Virus record (IMG/VR): IMGVR_UViG_3300013901_000006
Span: 79,774-143,773 of that record
DNA length: 64,000 bases
DNA from: a virus
Taxonomy: Duplodnaviria > Heunggongvirae > Uroviricota > Caudoviricetes
Reading direction: 5' to 3' (one strand)
Shown: positions 61,164-64,000 of the stretch, piece after piece
Layout of the letters: every line of letters starts with the position of its first letter
Numbering within the stretch: the first letter of the stretch is position 1
Translations under genes and position numbers: made by a program
Notes under the pieces: model-generated
The model's input: only the letters and a program-made list of their open reading frames with translations
Told to the model about the DNA's origin: nothing
Database searches by the model: none

Positions 61164-61403
61164 TGGGTATCGAGACTATCTTAGGAGTTGTAATTGGAAC
61201 TATTGTATGCGCTTCTCTTCTCGTTTTTCTCTTCACTGGCTGGGATGATAGCACGCTCTCAGATGATTTTTAATCTTACATGCGGCCTAGGGCTACTTAT
61301 TGGTCTATATATGGTCGTATGGGGTTTGCATGAGTTCTGGCTGATGTACCAAGAGGAAAAGAAACTAACACATCAGATGAATGGTCGGCATTGGGCTAGT
61401 TAA
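61164..61403 (+). CDS. Two overlapping very small transmembrane peptide ORFs (36 and ~47 aa)
   Basis: MGIETILGVVIGTIVCASLLVFLFTGW... (GGGAG RBS). Then MIFNLTCGLGLLIGLYMVVWGLHEFW... overlapping the first stop. Confidence 0.3.
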
Positions 61404-63049
61404 CACAATATATAGTGTGCGGCCTAGCACAATATATAGTAACACAATATATAGGGTGGGTTAATTAATAGCTCATAAGCACGCGGCTTAACCTTAAGGT
61501 TCAAGTTTAACTTGAAGGTTTGGCCGCGTTATCTTTATATATATTACCAATTATAATACTATAGCCAGTTTATTGAATAATATTAAAACGGAAACGTCGA
61601 GCTTGAATTCGGCAATTAAAAATATAAAACGTATAAGTTTACTTAAAATATAAAATAGGCCCTCTGAGTCCATTCTGTGGGCTTCCAGGGCTATATTTTC
61701 TTCTTGCTTCTGGCTATATAATATTATATAATATTATTAAAGAAAGGGAAGAAAGGAACCTGATATGGGCATGAAGTTCACTCCTGAAACCATCCAGTAC
61801 CTGTTTGATGAGAAGACCCGCGATGCCGCCAATGCAATCAACAGCGGTGAAAAGTCGTGGTTGAAAGCCAAGCCAATTGAAGCTATCGCCGCAGAAGTAA
61901 TTGAATCTGCGGAGAAGGGTGATTTTTGCGCCTATTGGGTTATTTTTAAGGGTAGCGAGAAAGAGGCTATGGAAGCTCGTAAAACGCTTGAAGAGCTTGG
62001 TATGGCTGTTGAAGACTACTACTGGCATGATGATGACGAATATGATACAGCAGGTGGCCGCATGAATGTTTACTTCTCCAACCTTCTGGTGTAAAGATAG
62101 GATTATATTATGGTGATTTGTGCGGCATATGCCAAGAGATTGAAAGATAATGAGCTTACACGATATGAGAAAAAATAGTGAATGTGCATACAATTTGCAG
62201 CATATTCAATACCGCAATAGCCTGTACTGAATGTAAAGACGATTGGCCGCTAGCTATCTCTAGGAAGAGATTCGAGCCGTATCTTTTAAGTGATGATTGG
62301 GCGTGGGTTTCTTCAAGTGTTGTGGATGTTTTTGAAGGTGCTGGATATGATGTTGTAAAGAAGCAAGATAAAATCGTCGTGGACATACATACCCGCTAAA
62401 AGTAAATTCAATTATGAGATGGTATACTGATATGATTTGGACTGATAATATATATAATATTATTGATGATATTATTCCAGAAGTGCGCAAAAATTTACGT
62501 AATCCTCAAAGCGGAAATTATGTGATACGAACAGCTTATAAAAATATGACATTTCAAGAATGCCAAGAGGTTGTTAAGTATTTTCAAGAAAAAGGTTTTG
62601 AATCTATTTGGTATTCAAAAGAGAATGAGCAGCCTATTATCGTAATAAGTTGGGGTTTGCCATACGATATTGATAACATTGATAATATATCTAAATATGA
62701 AATTGAAAATGCCGGTAGTAAGTGGCATCAAATTGTAAAACTACTTGCCGCATATATCAATTATGTATTTTTGTAGTTTTAAAAGTGTTTGTGTTATTCC
62801 CATTGAACATTTGAAATATATTTTGGGCATTGAGAACTTTTCTTATGAAATTTTTATGGCTGCTTCTGACGAATTGAAACAATATTATTCATTAAAATTT
62901 CATTTCGGTTCTTTAGATGACGATGGCTTGAAAAATGATTATATTTTTATTCAGAGAATTGAGAATAGTATGTGCAAAATAAAAAATTGACTGAGATAAA
63001 AATCATAATTGGTATGCCAAGAGAAGAAAAAAGAATAGAAAATGATGAT

Positions 63050-63090
63050 AAACCCGTGCGGCGAATGCCGTGCGGGTTTTTATATAGATG
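63050..63090 (+). terminator. Strong intrinsic terminator (13-bp stem AAACCCGUGCGGC...GCCGUGCGGGUUU + U-run)
   Basis: Long GC-rich hairpin followed by TTTTATAT. Confidence 0.55.
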
Positions 63091-63439
63091 TATGAAAAAG
63101 TTGTGCAAGAGAGTGTAATTTATTCTATGTACTTTTTTGTATATAATGTATAAGATGTATGTAATAAAGATAGGAGAAAAGAATGAATAAACATGTAAAC
63201 ATCGGTATGCCGCAGGAGAAATATGATGAATGGTTTGCGGCGATGCTCACTATGGGATATAGCGATTTTACGCAATTCGTGCGTGATGCTATTCAAGAGA
63301 AAGTGGATAGGAACGCTGTAACTGGATTAACGGTTTTGTCTGCGTTAAAAAGTTAACGGTCTTGTGTGCATTTTGATTATTGTGGCAATCTTATAATTAT
63401 AAAACTCTTGTGGTTACGAAAATAACGGTACAATTCGTT

Positions 63440-63645
63440 TTAACAAAACCGCAGGTAAAATTGGTGCATATTTTTTAACTATCAAAAAGGTCAAAAAAAC
63501 TGCACCAAATATTGAGAAACCGCAGGTAAATTTAGTGCAGTTTTTTTAACCATATGAAACAATAAAAAAACTGCACCATTATTTCTAAAAAGGTTAAAAA
63601 AACTGCACCAAATATGTAAAAAAGGTTAAAAAAACTGCACCACTA
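63440..63645 (+). repeat. Iteron-like array: 4 direct + 2 inverted copies of AAAAAAACTGCACC, plus two ~35-bp AAACCGCAGGTAAA-N-GTGCA repeats
   Basis: Direct copies at ~63493, 63564, 63597, 63628 (22-bp unit AAAAGGTyAAAAAAACTGCACCA). Inverted GGTGCATATTTTTT / AGTGCAGTTTTTTT at ~63462 and ~63535. Upstream of the ORF starting 63698. Confidence 0.55.
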
Positions 63646-64000
63646 GTAAATTATAAGTAAATTATATAAAGTACTTTATATAAAAGAAAGGAATTATATG
63701 AAGCAGTCTAGGATAAGTTTTAATGTTAACGACGATAAGATGCAAAATAAATATTATAATCCTTTAGCCATAGGATTGATTAGTCTTGATGCCCCATTGA
63801 ATAAAGATACTCACACTCGAACATTAAAAGTAAAAGCAGCAAATAAAAAATTGCGTGATATTGGTTTTTCTAAATATCAAATTAAAAAATTCTGGGATTG
63901 CATGGCGCAATTAGAAATACTGCAAATTGACGGTTCAGAATGTATTATTCTGCCAGTTGAAAAAAGATTCGTCGCTATCCCAATAGAGACGGTACGATTC

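Noticed and set aside
36700-63100. Regularly recurring ~45-bp AT-rich repeats looked superficially like a CRISPR array or MITE family
   Set aside because: Units are promoter/terminator cassettes with variable hairpins. They are separated by protein-coding ORFs of very different lengths (200-900 bp), not by uniform spacers. No cas genes are present.

Overview
This window reads as one segment of a large AT-rich (~33-35% GC) virulent phage genome, probably infecting a low-GC Gram-positive host; I saw no host chromosomal genes. It has two divergently organised halves. Positions 1-36.1 kb, mostly on the minus strand, form a DNA replication and nucleotide-metabolism module: NrdG and a split NrdD, a guanylate kinase, a DnaE-type polymerase carrying a LAGLIDADG intein, a RecJ-like DHH protein, primase, DnaB-like helicase, a Sak4/RecA-like ATPase, SSB, a ThyX-like protein, DNA ligase, T4-like type II topoisomerase subunits, and several GIY-YIG and other homing endonucleases. 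Positions 36.7-64 kb, on the plus strand, hold many small early-type genes. Most of these have their own TTGACA-17-TATAAT promoter, often fused to an upstream intrinsic terminator. This half also contains a tRNA island (46-52 kb) with about 9 tRNA genes and several structured small RNAs. A 550-bp AT-rich repeat-rich region at 36.1-36.7 kb separates the halves. The most interesting content is an apparent RNA-surveillance and repair system. It comprises a Ro60/Rsr-like TROVE+vWA protein, a family of tRNA-like (YrlA-like) Y-RNA candidates (one with its own promoter right next to rsr, two more in the tRNA island, plus decayed copies), two T4-Pnk-like 5'-kinases, an interrupted metallophosphoesterase, two RNA ligases (Rnl2-like and Trl1-like), a minimal nucleotidyltransferase, a SpoU/TrmH methyltransferase, and atypical tRNAs. 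Self-splicing and selfish elements are dense. The topoisomerase large-subunit gene is split exactly inside the TDADVDG motif by what looks like a group I intron carrying a GIY-YIG endonuclease. nrdD carries a probable ORF-less group I intron. dnaE carries an intein. Coordinates of RNA features are hand-derived and approximate (a few nt).
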